Assembly: GCA_963770715.1 (NCBI GenBank)
Contig: CAVYQX010000010.1
Location: 19,138-83,137, forward strand
Source: an uncultured Gaiellaceae bacterium
Lineage (GTDB): Bacteria > Actinomycetota > Thermoleophilia > Gaiellales > Gaiellaceae
Length of the DNA: 64,000 bases
Direction of reading: 5' to 3'
The notes under the pieces are model-generated. The model was given only the letters and a program-made list of their open reading frames with translations. It did no database searches and was not told the origin of the DNA. Of this stretch, positions 29,495 through 37,862 are shown piece after piece. Each line of letters opens with the position of its first letter. Position 1 is the stretch's first letter. The position numbers and the translations under genes were made by a program.

Positions 29495-29620
29495 GCGATG
29501 GGGGAACCGATGGGGGAACACCCCGCCATGCGAGGTCGTTCCCGCGACCCCTGTCTAGCTTACCCAAGCCACTTCCGCTTGCCCCGGAACCCCGAAAAGG
29601 CCCATACGGGATTCGAACCT
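29495..29620 (+). repeat. REP-X copy 3 with tandem GATGGGGGAAC x2 head and a tRNA-3'-end-like core
   Basis: GCGATGGGGGAACCGATGGGGGAACA ... CCCCGAAAAGGCCCATACGGGATTCGAACC. On the minus strand this reads GGTTCGAATCCCGTATGGGCC (canonical T-loop). Confidence 0.65.
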
Positions 29621-29779
29621 AGGGCTCTGTCGGCCGTGCATTCGAAGCAGCGCCGCCACGAAATCGCCTGAAGCGACGTCCTGTAGACGATCAGCCTCTT
29701 CCGTAGTGAGCAGCGCTCGCGTTGGAGCGGATCCCGCGATGTTCCCCACAGAAGCCAGCCTCATCGCGAAGGACACGAA

Positions 29780-30712
29780 GTGCCGCGCGCGAAGCACTTC
29801 ATCCACATGTCGTGGCGACCGGGCGAACTGTGGTTCGACGTAGACGTGCTCTGGTTCCGCGAACGGCCACGAAGTCTCGGGGCGCTCGCAGTCGCTGGCG
29901 GTGCGATCGACCTGCCGCGGTTCGATACAGGGCTCGGGGCGTCCCGACGACGGCGCTTCGCGGCTGAAGCGGCGAGGAAGCGCAGATTCGCCACACGGAC
30001 GATGCCCGCCGCCGCGGTCGTTATCGGATCGAGTGTCGTGCTGCCCCTGTCGGCGCTCAGGCAGCGCGGTGTGACGCAGGACGGCCCGCCCCTATCGGAC
30101 GATCCTCCGAGCCTCACGTTCCGGCTCGAGCATCCGGTTCGGGCACCCACGCCGAGACCGCAGACAGACCCAAGCACTGCAGAGTTGCCTCGCATCGCGT
30201 GGCATACGGCCACATCCATCGGCCTTCCGTACGGCGGCTATCTGCGCGCCGGCACCCAGCTCCCGGTCGAGGGTCCCGATTGGGTCACATGGAACCCGAA
30301 CACCGACTCGCGCCCCAACCTGCCCGGGAGGCTCTACGGCCACGAGCACACGATCCGGACGATCATCAAGGTGCTCGCTCGGTACCGAGAGGCGCACCCG
30401 AAGGCCCCGCTGGTCGTGGTCGGTGACGTCAGCCTTCGGGACGGCGGTGTCATGGATCAGCACGTCTCCCACGAGAACGGGCTCGACGTCGACATCTACT
30501 ACCCACGCCGCGACGGATGGCTGCAGGCACCGACTTCCACCGCGCAGATCGATCGACGTCTCTCCCAGGAGTTGCTCGACGTCTTCGTCGCCGCAGGCGC
30601 GAGCAAGATCTTCGTCGGCTACGCGACCGACCTGCGCGGACCGCGTGACATTGTCACTCCGTATCCGAACCACGAGAACCACATGCACATCCGCTTCCGA
30701 AATCCTGGCTGA
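29780..30712 (+). CDS. Penicillin-insensitive murein endopeptidase-like (MepA / peptidase M74)
   Basis: ORF 310 aa: ...GRLYGHEHTIRTIIKVLARY...VSHENGLDVDIYYPRRDG...YPNHENHMHIRF. The start is uncertain (a later M at ~30002 precedes a signal-like segment). Confidence 0.65.
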   Translation: MPRAKHFIHMSWRPGELWFDVDVLWFRERPRSLGALAVAGGAIDLPRFDTGLGASRRRRFAAEAARKRRFATRTMPAAAVVIGSSVVLPLSALRQRGVTQDGPPLSDDPPSLTFRLEHPVRAPTPRPQTDPSTAELPRIAWHTATSIGLPYGGYLRAGTQLPVEGPDWVTWNPNTDSRPNLPGRLYGHEHTIRTIIKVLARYREAHPKAPLVVVGDVSLRDGGVMDQHVSHENGLDVDIYYPRRDGWLQAPTSTAQIDRRLSQELLDVFVAAGASKIFVGYATDLRGPRDIVTPYPNHENHMHIRFRNPG

Positions 30713-30795
30713 CACTCGACGAGCCGTTAGAGGTCAACTGCGGGACATGCCGCCGATCCGATCGGCCCTCCGAGGCACGTAGTACCTTCGTAGCC

Positions 30796-31404
30796 ATGAG
30801 TTCGGGGCGGCCCGCGACCCGACTGTTTGCACCCGAGGACGACTGGTTCGTCGAGACAGGCGGAGGACGTTCCCCGGCCGCCGACGACGAGACCGAACTC
30901 CGCGAAACGCGTCAGTCCGCGCAGGGCGAGGGCGAGCCGCGTGCCGCCATCCGTGCTCGCGAGGGCGAGCGGAGCCGGAGGCTAATCGTAGGTGCCATCG
31001 TCGGCGCAATGATCCTCATCGTCGCCGGCGCTCTTGCCGGTGCCCTCGTCTCGCGCTCGCTCAACGGCGGCGTCGAGACAACGACCTCTCTGGTGACGAC
31101 GACGGCAACGCTCACCACGACGCTGACCACGTCCACCACCCCGTCGACCACGACCTCGTCGACGCCGACCACCGCCACGCTGCCGGAAGGCGTGGTCCTC
31201 CGCAGAGGGGCCAAGGGCGTGGAGGTGAGGCAGGTACAGGAGGCGCTGGTCGCGCTCGGGTACTCGACAACCATCGACGGGAAGTTCGGGCCGGCGACCG
31301 CGCAGGCCGTCAAGTCTTTCCAGGCGTCCTCAGGCCTCACCGACGACGGCGTCGTCGGGCCGGCGACGCTGTCGGCTCTCTCGGCGGCGGTCAACGGGAC
31401 TTAG
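30796..31404 (+). CDS. Membrane-anchored protein with Thr-rich linker and C-terminal peptidoglycan-binding domain (PG_binding_1)
   Basis: TM RLIVGAIVGAMILIVAGALAGALV; C-terminus GVEVRQVQEALVALGYSTTIDGKFGPATAQAVKSFQASSGLTDDGVVGPATLSAL. Confidence 0.75.
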   Translation: MSSGRPATRLFAPEDDWFVETGGGRSPAADDETELRETRQSAQGEGEPRAAIRAREGERSRRLIVGAIVGAMILIVAGALAGALVSRSLNGGVETTTSLVTTTATLTTTLTTSTTPSTTTSSTPTTATLPEGVVLRRGAKGVEVRQVQEALVALGYSTTIDGKFGPATAQAVKSFQASSGLTDDGVVGPATLSALSAAVNGT

Positions 31405-31544
31405 CCTCGCGCACCCCCGCCCCTCGGCGCGTGCCGCTCGTCAGGCCCCACGTCCTCGGTCGCAGCCGATCCAGGGGGTGGGGCTGGGTTGGCTGGATAC
31501 CTATCCGTGAGCACAAGGCCAGCCGCCTTCACCCGGGCGGCGGG

Positions 31545-31655
31545 AATGTCACGCGGGTTCGATCCCGCCGCCTCCATGCCCGCTCGGTCGAACGAGGAAC
31601 TATGTGAAGGACAACCGCTTGGGCGGCCAGTAGGTGAGCGTCACCGGGACGAAGT
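31545..31655 (+). repeat. att-like block (a): tmRNA/tRNA-like T-arm plus acceptor 3' strand (31553-31576), followed by a duplicate of the last ~17 codons of lepB (minus strand, stop at 31600-31602)
   Basis: GCGGG TTCGATC CCCGC CGCCTCC A, then GAAGGACAACCGCTTGGGCGGCCAGTAGGTGAGCGTCACCGGG. This matches 35329-35371 (lepB 3' end) with 2 mismatches. Confidence 0.7.
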
Positions 31656-31719
31656 CGCATACCTCACACGCGACGTAAGGGCACCCTTACAGATTGGCTA
31701 CCGTAGGTTGGTGGCTGTC

Positions 31720-32655
31720 GTGAGCGCACCACCAAGGGACGAGGAGGCGCGGCGTGCCTTCTGCGCCGGCGTTTCGAGGGCAGCCCAGGAGCCGCTTGTA
31801 GCGACTGCGAGCCGCATCGACCACTGGATCCTGATCGAGTACCGCGGGGCCTGGACGCGGGACGTGCTCGGCGGGAGCTTGCTCTCGCCAGAGCTGAAGG
31901 CGCACTTGCGAGGACAGCTCGCCGCCCTCGAGCACTCACGGCTCCTGTTCGTCAAGAAACCCGAGCGCCGCTCGCAGTCCGGGCGCCGCGTGTTCTTCGG
32001 TAGCTCGAGACCCGGCGACGAGCGGGTCTTCGAGCTCGAGGTCGAGCACCAGGACGACGTTCGCGGACTCGACTTCGCGGCAGCTCTCACCTCCGACGGC
32101 GCTCCGGCGACGCCCGTCGAGGGGCCATTGCTCATCGTCTGCACGCACGGCAAGCGTGACCGGTGCTGTGCGACGCACGGAGGCCCGCTCTACGACGCGC
32201 TGCGACACGAGACCGAGACCGGCGGCGTGTGGCAGTCGACGCACGTTGGCGGCGACCGCTTTGCGGGCAACGTGGTCGCGCTCCCGCACGGCCTGTATTT
32301 CGGACGGGTAGGCCCGGGCGACGCAGGCGAGCTGCTCGCGGCGTATGCCGCCGGGCGCGTCGACCTCGACCGCTACCGCGGGCGCAGCGCCTACTCGTTC
32401 CCGGTGCAGGCTGCGGAGCAGGCGATCCGGGAGTCGGAAGGGCTCCTCGGAATCGGCGATCTCACCTTCCTCGGCTCGAGCTCGCAGGGAGACGAGGCGT
32501 GGCGTGTCCTCTTCCAGGCTCCAGACACAGCGGTCCACGAGGTCGACGTCGTTGCGACGATTGCGGACGAGTCCGTGTACCTCACATGTGATTCAGCCGA
32601 GCCGAAGCGAGCACGTCGCCATTCCGTGACCGCGCACCGCGTGCTCAGCCGGTAA
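31720..32655 (+). CDS. Sucrase/ferredoxin-like (thioredoxin-like [2Fe-2S]) family protein
   Basis: ORF 31489..32655; start near 31708-31720. It has IDHWILIEYRGAWTRDVLG...LLIVCTHGKRDRCCATHGGPLYDAL...VWQSTHVGGDRFAGNVVALPHGLYFGRV. Confidence 0.7.
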   Translation: MSAPPRDEEARRAFCAGVSRAAQEPLVATASRIDHWILIEYRGAWTRDVLGGSLLSPELKAHLRGQLAALEHSRLLFVKKPERRSQSGRRVFFGSSRPGDERVFELEVEHQDDVRGLDFAAALTSDGAPATPVEGPLLIVCTHGKRDRCCATHGGPLYDALRHETETGGVWQSTHVGGDRFAGNVVALPHGLYFGRVGPGDAGELLAAYAAGRVDLDRYRGRSAYSFPVQAAEQAIRESEGLLGIGDLTFLGSSSQGDEAWRVLFQAPDTAVHEVDVVATIADESVYLTCDSAEPKRARRHSVTAHRVLSR

Positions 32656-33916
32656 TCCGCAGGAAGCCTTCCCGCACGAGCCGGCGGACGAGGACGAGCC
32701 GCCCGTCGATGTCGAGGTCCCCGGCCAGGTCGGCGATGCCGAACGGCTCCTCGCTTTCGAAGCACGCCTGAAGCTCGGGTGTCGCGTGCGCGGGGAAGCG
32801 AACCTCCTTCCCCTGGAAGACGAGAGCGAGGCCGCCGGACCATTCCTCGAGGTCGGCGATCACCGTCTCCCTCCGTTCAAGCCGCGCCCGGGTATCCAGC
32901 CGCTTGAGGGCGCTCAGCTGCGAGAGCCCGTCTTCGAGGATCGGCCGGCGCGAGTCGAGGAACCGTCGCCGGCGTCGTTGCTCCACCCGTCCTGGCTCCA
33001 GCTGCTCAGCCAGGAGGTCGACGAGGCCGTCGACTGCACTGTTCCCGACACCGCGCCTGAACGCGATCTTGTCCTCGCACGCCTCGAGGGCGTCCTTCAC
33101 CGCGTCGAGCCACGTGTGTGCCGCGACACCAATCGTCAGGTGGAGTGAGTCGGTCGCGGACGTCTCGGCCTGGTGCAGCCACCCGCGCGGGAGGTAGAGC
33201 GTGTCTCCGGCCCGGAGCACGAGGTCGTCGGTCGGCTGGCCGTGCGCGCCGATCGCCGACGAATAGCGCTGGTGCTTGAGCGGCAGCTCGAGCAGCGGCT
33301 CGTACAGGAGCCACCGCTTCTCGCCCGCAACCTGCAGGACGAGGACGTCGTGCGTGTCGTGATGCACGGCGAACCCTTGCGACCCGCGCGGGGTGTAGTA
33401 GGCGTTCGCTTGCACGCCGAAGCCGAGCGCCTCCTCGAGCAGGCGGCAGAACACGGCGAGCGGGTGCCAGTTGACGTGGAGCGCTTGGAGGACGATCGTC
33501 GCCCCGGCTTCCCACGCGGCCAGGACGCGGGGAACGTCGGCGATGCTCGTGAACGGCGGGCGCCACGAGAAGTCGCTCGTGTACTCGCCAACAGCCAGCT
33601 GTTGGCCTTCGCGCACGAGCCGCAAGGCCGGATACCGGATCGCCGTCGAGCAGACGAGCCGCTCGACGTCGGCTTCCGAGAGCAGATCATCGAAGCGGCC
33701 CGGCTCGTGGCGCGCGACGACGAGCGGACGCCGCTCCCAGTGCTCGGCGGAAAAGGTGCCGGCGTCGAACGGGTCGAGGCAGCGCGCAAGCGCCGCCTCG
33801 GCCGCTCTACGCGGCGTCCGTGCCGTCCGTGTCTGCGTCGTCGGCGTCCGCGTCCGCGTCGGTCGAGTCGGAGTCGGCGTCGTCGGCGTCCGCGTCGGTC
33901 GAGTCGGAGTCGTCAC
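32645..33916 (-). CDS. Cupin-4 / JmjC-domain protein (ribosomal-oxygenase-like 2OG-Fe(II) hydroxylase fold); true start unresolved
   Basis: ...FSAEHWERRPLVVARHEPGRFDDLLS...ANAYYTPRGSQGFAVHHDTHDVLVLQVAGEKRW...GDTLYLPRGWLHQAETS...SLHLTIG. There is no in-frame start between the conserved N-terminus and the upstream acidic ORF. Confidence 0.75.
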   Translation of the reverse strand: MTTPTRPTRTPTTPTPTRPTRTRTPTTQTRTARTPRRAAEAALARCLDPFDAGTFSAEHWERRPLVVARHEPGRFDDLLSEADVERLVCSTAIRYPALRLVREGQQLAVGEYTSDFSWRPPFTSIADVPRVLAAWEAGATIVLQALHVNWHPLAVFCRLLEEALGFGVQANAYYTPRGSQGFAVHHDTHDVLVLQVAGEKRWLLYEPLLELPLKHQRYSSAIGAHGQPTDDLVLRAGDTLYLPRGWLHQAETSATDSLHLTIGVAAHTWLDAVKDALEACEDKIAFRRGVGNSAVDGLVDLLAEQLEPGRVEQRRRRRFLDSRRPILEDGLSQLSALKRLDTRARLERRETVIADLEEWSGGLALVFQGKEVRFPAHATPELQACFESEEPFGIADLAGDLDIDGRLVLVRRLVREGFLRITG

Positions 33917-33989
33917 CGTCGGCGTCCGCCGTCGGCTCGAGCCGTTCGCTCGCGAGGGTCACGATCTCGTCGTCACGCAAGGTGGTCAT
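33807..33989 (-). CDS. Asp-rich 60-aa ORF (possibly the displaced N-terminus of the cupin gene)
   Basis: Strong RBS GAGGAGGAAAC before ATG 33989. MTTLRDDEIVTLASERLEPTADADGDDSDSTDADADDADSDSTDADADADDADTDGTDAA. Third positions are almost all G/C, and it is built on a 33-39-bp tandem DNA repeat. Confidence 0.45.
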   Translation of the reverse strand: MTTLRDDEIVTLASERLEPTADADGDDSDSTDADADDADSDSTDADADADDADTDGTDAA

Positions 33990-34173
33990 CGTTTCCTCCT
34001 CGTCCGGAGTACGGACGCAACGCTACCTGGTCACCCGACCAGCAAGCGAGCAGCGCGACGTTCGATCGTGCACCCTGCTTCTCATGTCCCCTCCGAGGCG
34101 GACTCGCCGAGCTCTCTCGCTCGCTGCGCCGTTGATCGCCGGGAGCGCGACGAAGCTGCCTGGGGAACGAAAC

Positions 34174-34198
34174 GCGGGTTCGATTCCGGCCGCCTCCA
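34174..34198 (+). repeat. att-like block (b): GCGGGTTCGATTCCGGCCGCCTCCA
   Basis: Second copy of the T-arm/acceptor-like string, 24 bp before the IS left end. Confidence 0.65.
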
Positions 34199-34221
34199 TG
34201 CCCCCGGCCGACCGACCGAGG

Positions 34222-35292
34222 ACTAGAGGCTTGATGTGAATAGCGGCCGTCGTAGGCGGCGAGGGCGCGTGCGGGTCGTCCGAAGCGAGGGTGTTCGAGC
34301 AAGATGCCGAGGATGGAGGCGCGAGCAGGCGCTGCGCGATCTGGAGGCCTAGTCGCAGCAGCGTATGTCTTGGCGAGAGTGCCCGGTTCGAGCTCGATGC
34401 GGCCCTTCAGGTCGGAGAAGACGCTCTCGATCGCGAGCGAATGGAGGCGAGGCGCCGCTCGCCTGCTGCGGCGATGGCGAGTCCTCGATCCGTTCCTTCG
34501 GCCGGGGTGATCGAGCTCGGCTGGTACGCGCGCCTGCCGCGAGCCGCTCGCGGTAGCAACGCGGCGCCCACGAGCCTTTGTCGAGCGATCACGATCGGTC
34601 GCTGCGGCGGTCGCCGGCTGAGCAAGTCGGCGAGCGGTTCGTACATCCGTCTCGCCCGCAGGCACGAGCGTGCTACGCCGAGCGGCAGCTACCGCGCGGA
34701 TGCGGTGAGCAGGACGAGTTCGCACGCTCCACACGAAGCGGTGGTGAGACTTCTGAACAGCCGTAGCGGGCGAAGCGCGCGAACTCGTCTTGCTCGACGC
34801 GCAGCCGGGGTAGCTGGCGCACGGCGAGGACGCGTGCCGTGCGGCAGAGGCGGATGTACGCACCGTGTCGACTTGCTCAGCGGGCGAGCCGCTGCAGCGA
34901 CCGACCGCGATCAGCTCGACGAGCGCGCGCAGGCGCCGGTTGCTACCGCGAGCTGGTCGCGGTAGCGTGCGTCGAACCATCGCCCCGGCGAAGGATGCGC
35001 CCCACCAAGCCGAGGAAGCTGGCGATCCGAGCGAACTCGCCTCCATCGCCGCCTGGCAAACGGCGAGGGCGACCAGCTCAGCGTCGAAGTGACCTGATCG
35101 CCGGCTCGACCGGCATCGAGCCAGGGCACCGGCTGGACTCAGCCGCGCAGACATACGCTGCTACGACAAGGGCTTCCAGATCGGCCGTCATCCTCGAGCC
35201 TCCAGCTCGACGGACACGTCCGGAAGACCCGCCTGCGCGCTGGCACGGCGGGTCCCTGCGTCGGAACCCGCGTTTCACATCAAGCCTCTAGT
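34222..35292 (-). mobile_element. IS982-family-like insertion sequence (1071 bp) with a multiply frameshifted transposase
   Basis: Terminal inverted repeats ACTAGAGGCTTGATGTGAA (34222-34240) and its complement (35274-35292), extendable to 23/25. The ends start AC. It is flanked by AGG on both sides. Transposase-like pieces sit in several minus frames (DAELVALAVCQAAME..., RRLRALVELI..., IESVFSDLKGRIELE...). Confidence 0.7.
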
Positions 35293-35319
35293 AGGGGTCA
35301 GACGCGGCGTCTGACCCCT
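35293..35319. terminator. Perfect 12-bp-stem hairpin immediately 3' of lepB (no U-tract)
   Basis: AGGGGTCAGACG CGG CGTCTGACCCCT, 3 nt beyond the lepB stop. Confidence 0.5.
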
Positions 35320-35322
35320 TAC

Positions 35323-35985
35323 TTAGCGGAAGGACAAGCGCTTGGGCGGCCAGTACGTGAGCGTCACCGGGCCGATCAGGTTGTCGCGGGGCACCGTTCC
35401 CCACATGCGGGAGTCGCAGGAACGAAGGCGGTTGTCCCCGAGGACGAAATAGTTACCCGGTGCAACGCGCGGCCAGCTGCCGTACGCGTGCCCTCGCCGA
35501 GACGGAGCGACATAGGGCTCGATGAGGCGCTCGCCGTCGATGTGGATGACCCCCTCGCGCTCCGCCACGACTTCGCCAGGGAGTCCGATGATGCGCTTGA
35601 CGAACGCAGAGCCTCCGTCGCCAAGTCCACATCGGTCGGCCGCCGCGGGTGCGTTGAACATGACGATGTCTCCGCGCTCGGGGTCGCGAAATCTGTAGGC
35701 GAGTCGGTTGGCGATCACGCGGTCGCTGAAGCGTCCCTCGCAGTACTCGACGGGCTTGGCGCAATGGAGCGTTGGCTCCATGGACGGCGACGGGATGCGG
35801 TACGGCTTGGCTACCTCTGCCTGAAACGCCAAGACGAAGGCGACTGCCATGGCGATAGTCACGAGCCAGTCGATGATCGTCCGCCACGGCTGCGGGATCC
35901 GGCTCTCGGTGCGATCGAGGACCCTCATGGTCACATCGACATTGTGCGCCTGAGCTCTGCCGATGTGGGTAGCGGGCATGCTCAC
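35323..35985 (-). CDS. lepB: Signal peptidase I
   Basis: ORF 220 aa: ...YRIPSPSMEPTLHC...GDIVMFNAP...VKRIIGLPGEVV...NYFVLGDNRLRSCDSRMWGTVPRDNLIG. Confidence 0.85.
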   Translation of the reverse strand: MSMPATHIGRAQAHNVDVTMRVLDRTESRIPQPWRTIIDWLVTIAMAVAFVLAFQAEVAKPYRIPSPSMEPTLHCAKPVEYCEGRFSDRVIANRLAYRFRDPERGDIVMFNAPAAADRCGLGDGGSAFVKRIIGLPGEVVAEREGVIHIDGERLIEPYVAPSRRGHAYGSWPRVAPGNYFVLGDNRLRSCDSRMWGTVPRDNLIGPVTLTYWPPKRLSFR

Positions 35986-36073
35986 GGTGACGCCCTCCGC
36001 GCTGCGACAATCGTCGCCTCTGTCGAGCCCATGGGTGGGTCAACCTGTGACCCACCCAAGCGGGCGCGTCCGG

Positions 36074-36526
36074 CTAGGTCTTGCCCGGCGCGATCTTCAC
36101 CGGCGCGAACTTGTGTGTGCGTGCGCCGCCGTACATCGTGAAGGCGTCGAAGACCTCGTACCGCCACATGCCGGCGTCCGGGAACACGACGCGCGCGCGG
36201 TAGACGCCAGCGCGACTTGTCGGCCTGGCCCTGAAAGTCAGCGACGATTTGACTGCCGCGCTCGTGGAGCGGGCCGGCGAGACCCTGCTGATCGTCACGG
36301 TCGGCTTCAGACAGCAGAGCGGTTGGCTGGCCAAGCCATGCTGAAGCACCGTGATGTTGACGACCCACGGCTCGTCCGTGGACATGCCCTTCGGCGACGA
36401 GCTGAGCCGCACGGTTGCCCAGTTCCCCGCGAGCGCTGTAGTTGCACACACGAGCGCCACGGCTCCGGCGACGATGAGTGACCTCCGCACGAGCGACCTC
36501 CTCTTGTTCGGATGCCGCGTATACAC
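36074..36526 (-). CDS. Secreted hypothetical protein
   Basis: ORF 150 aa with signal-like RRSLIVAGAVALVCATTALAGNW. Confidence 0.45.
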   Translation of the reverse strand: MYTRHPNKRRSLVRRSLIVAGAVALVCATTALAGNWATVRLSSSPKGMSTDEPWVVNITVLQHGLASQPLCCLKPTVTISRVSPARSTSAAVKSSLTFRARPTSRAGVYRARVVFPDAGMWRYEVFDAFTMYGGARTHKFAPVKIAPGKT

Positions 36527-36569
36527 CGGTCCCCGACCGCGGGTTCCACGCGGACTCCCGGGGCGAGTC

Positions 36570-37756
36570 CTACTGCGCCTTGCCTATCAGGTGGTGCCAG
36601 GGGCGCCACCAGCGGGTCAGGCCAGCGTGGTCGCTCCCGCCCTCGCGTGCGACGACGATGATGTCACGATGGGTCGGCTGCGCTAGGCGTTGGTGCGTCC
36701 AGACGGCGACGGCATCGTTGCCGTCGAAGTAACAGAAGATTCTTCCACCCGGCTTGTCCGGGCCATGGAGCCACGCGCGCTCGCCACCCCAGGAGAACGC
36801 GTTGCACTTCCCGCTGTCGGACTGGGTTTCCGGGCGCTTGCGAAGCTCCCCGTCGTAGGCACTGGCGAGGGCGTCGCCGTCGGGGTAGGAGGAGATCTCC
36901 CAGCGGTCCGGCATTCCACCGGCAGGCAGGCACACCGCGGTCTGGAGCGCCGTCGGGTTCGCGACCGTCTGGAGCCGGCAGTCCTTCCAGAGTGCCGCCG
37001 GCATGATCGCGTCCAGCCCTGCGTCAGCGGCGAGCACCTCCGGTTCCGTCGTGACGGGGAAGGTGCTTCCTGGCGCTGCTGTCCCAGCGTCCCCCCGTCC
37101 CCGGTCGTGAGGTAGACGACACCTGCGGCTGTGAGAGCCGCCAGGGCCACGACCGCGGCGCCAAGCTTCCACCCGAGCTGCTCGCGGGGCTTCCCGAAGA
37201 ACATCAGCACCGAGTTGCTGGTGCGTGGCGCGTCGAGCTCCGAATAGACCTGGTAGACGTGAACCGGTTCGGGGATGCCCTTCAGACGGACCCGGCCTCG
37301 GTCGCTGTACTGAAGACCACCGAGTCTTCCGGCGATCCGGACTGTCGACGCGCTGACGAGGACGTCTCCGCCGTGGGCACGGCCGCAGAGGCGTGCGGCG
37401 ACGTTGAGCGATGCGCCGCGAAAGCCGTCGGCGACCTCGACCGCTTCGCCTGAGTCGATGCCCATCCCCACCTTGAGCGGTACGTCCGAGTTCGCCCCTG
37501 CTTCGTCGCCGAACCGCGCCTGGAGGTCCACAGCCGCGCGGATCGCCTGCCGAGCCGACGTGAAGACGACGAGCGCTTCGTCTCCTCGCAGCTCGACGAG
37601 CTGACCGTCATGGGCCTGGACGCCGTCCGTGACGAGCTCGGCGAACTCGGCGGCGAGCTCGGCTGCCGCTTCGTCGCCGTACTCCTCCGTGTACCGGGTG
37701 TACCCCCGGATGTCGGCGATCAGAAACGTGCGCAGAGCGGACGGCGTGTCGCTCAC
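36570..37756 (-). pseudogene. Class III adenylate/guanylate cyclase - TM - extracytoplasmic domain protein; frame broken in a G-run near 37090
   Basis: GTG 37756. LRTFLIADIRGYTRYTEEYGDEAAAEL...LVELRGDEALVVF...GIDSGEAVEV...ASLNVAARLC (ORF 36683..38011), TM AAVVALAALTAAGVVYLTT, then GTAAPGSTFPVTTEPEV... (ORF 36570..37172). Confidence 0.75.
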
Positions 37757-37862
37757 GTCAGCAGTATGCCCCTCCCGGTTGTTCTCCCGGAGCTCGGGGA
37801 TCAAATGCGTGCCCGAGCGCGTCACGGCGGCACCTCGTGCCCCGGCCCGACAGGATACGAGG

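Noticed and set aside
31080-31170. Thr-rich tract as a non-coding microsatellite
   Set aside because: It lies in frame inside a well-supported gene, as a linker between the TM anchor and the PG-binding domain. It is coding low complexity.
31405-31576. A complete tmRNA (ssrA) or tRNA gene ending at the T-arm/acceptor strings (31553, 34174, 62754)
   Set aside because: No matching 5' acceptor strand (GGGGGCG/GGAGGCG) lies at an appropriate distance. No tag-peptide reading frame, D-arm or anticodon arm could be folded. At (a), a full-length tmRNA would overlap the well-supported peptidoglycan-binding gene.
33800-33916. Pro/Thr-rich N-terminus (MTTPTRPTRTPTTPTPTRPTRTRTP...) of the cupin ORF as listed
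   Set aside because: Codon usage is poorer (ACT, CGA, AGA, ACA) than in the overlapping acidic frame, which also has the strong RBS. It is probably not translated in this frame.
34094-34198. Class II tRNA or tRNA-Sec, since CGAGGCG (34094) can pair 6/7 with CGCCTCC (34191)
   Set aside because: At 105 nt it is too long. I could not form a D-arm or an anticodon arm, and the T-stem has a G-G mismatch. The pairing is probably chance.
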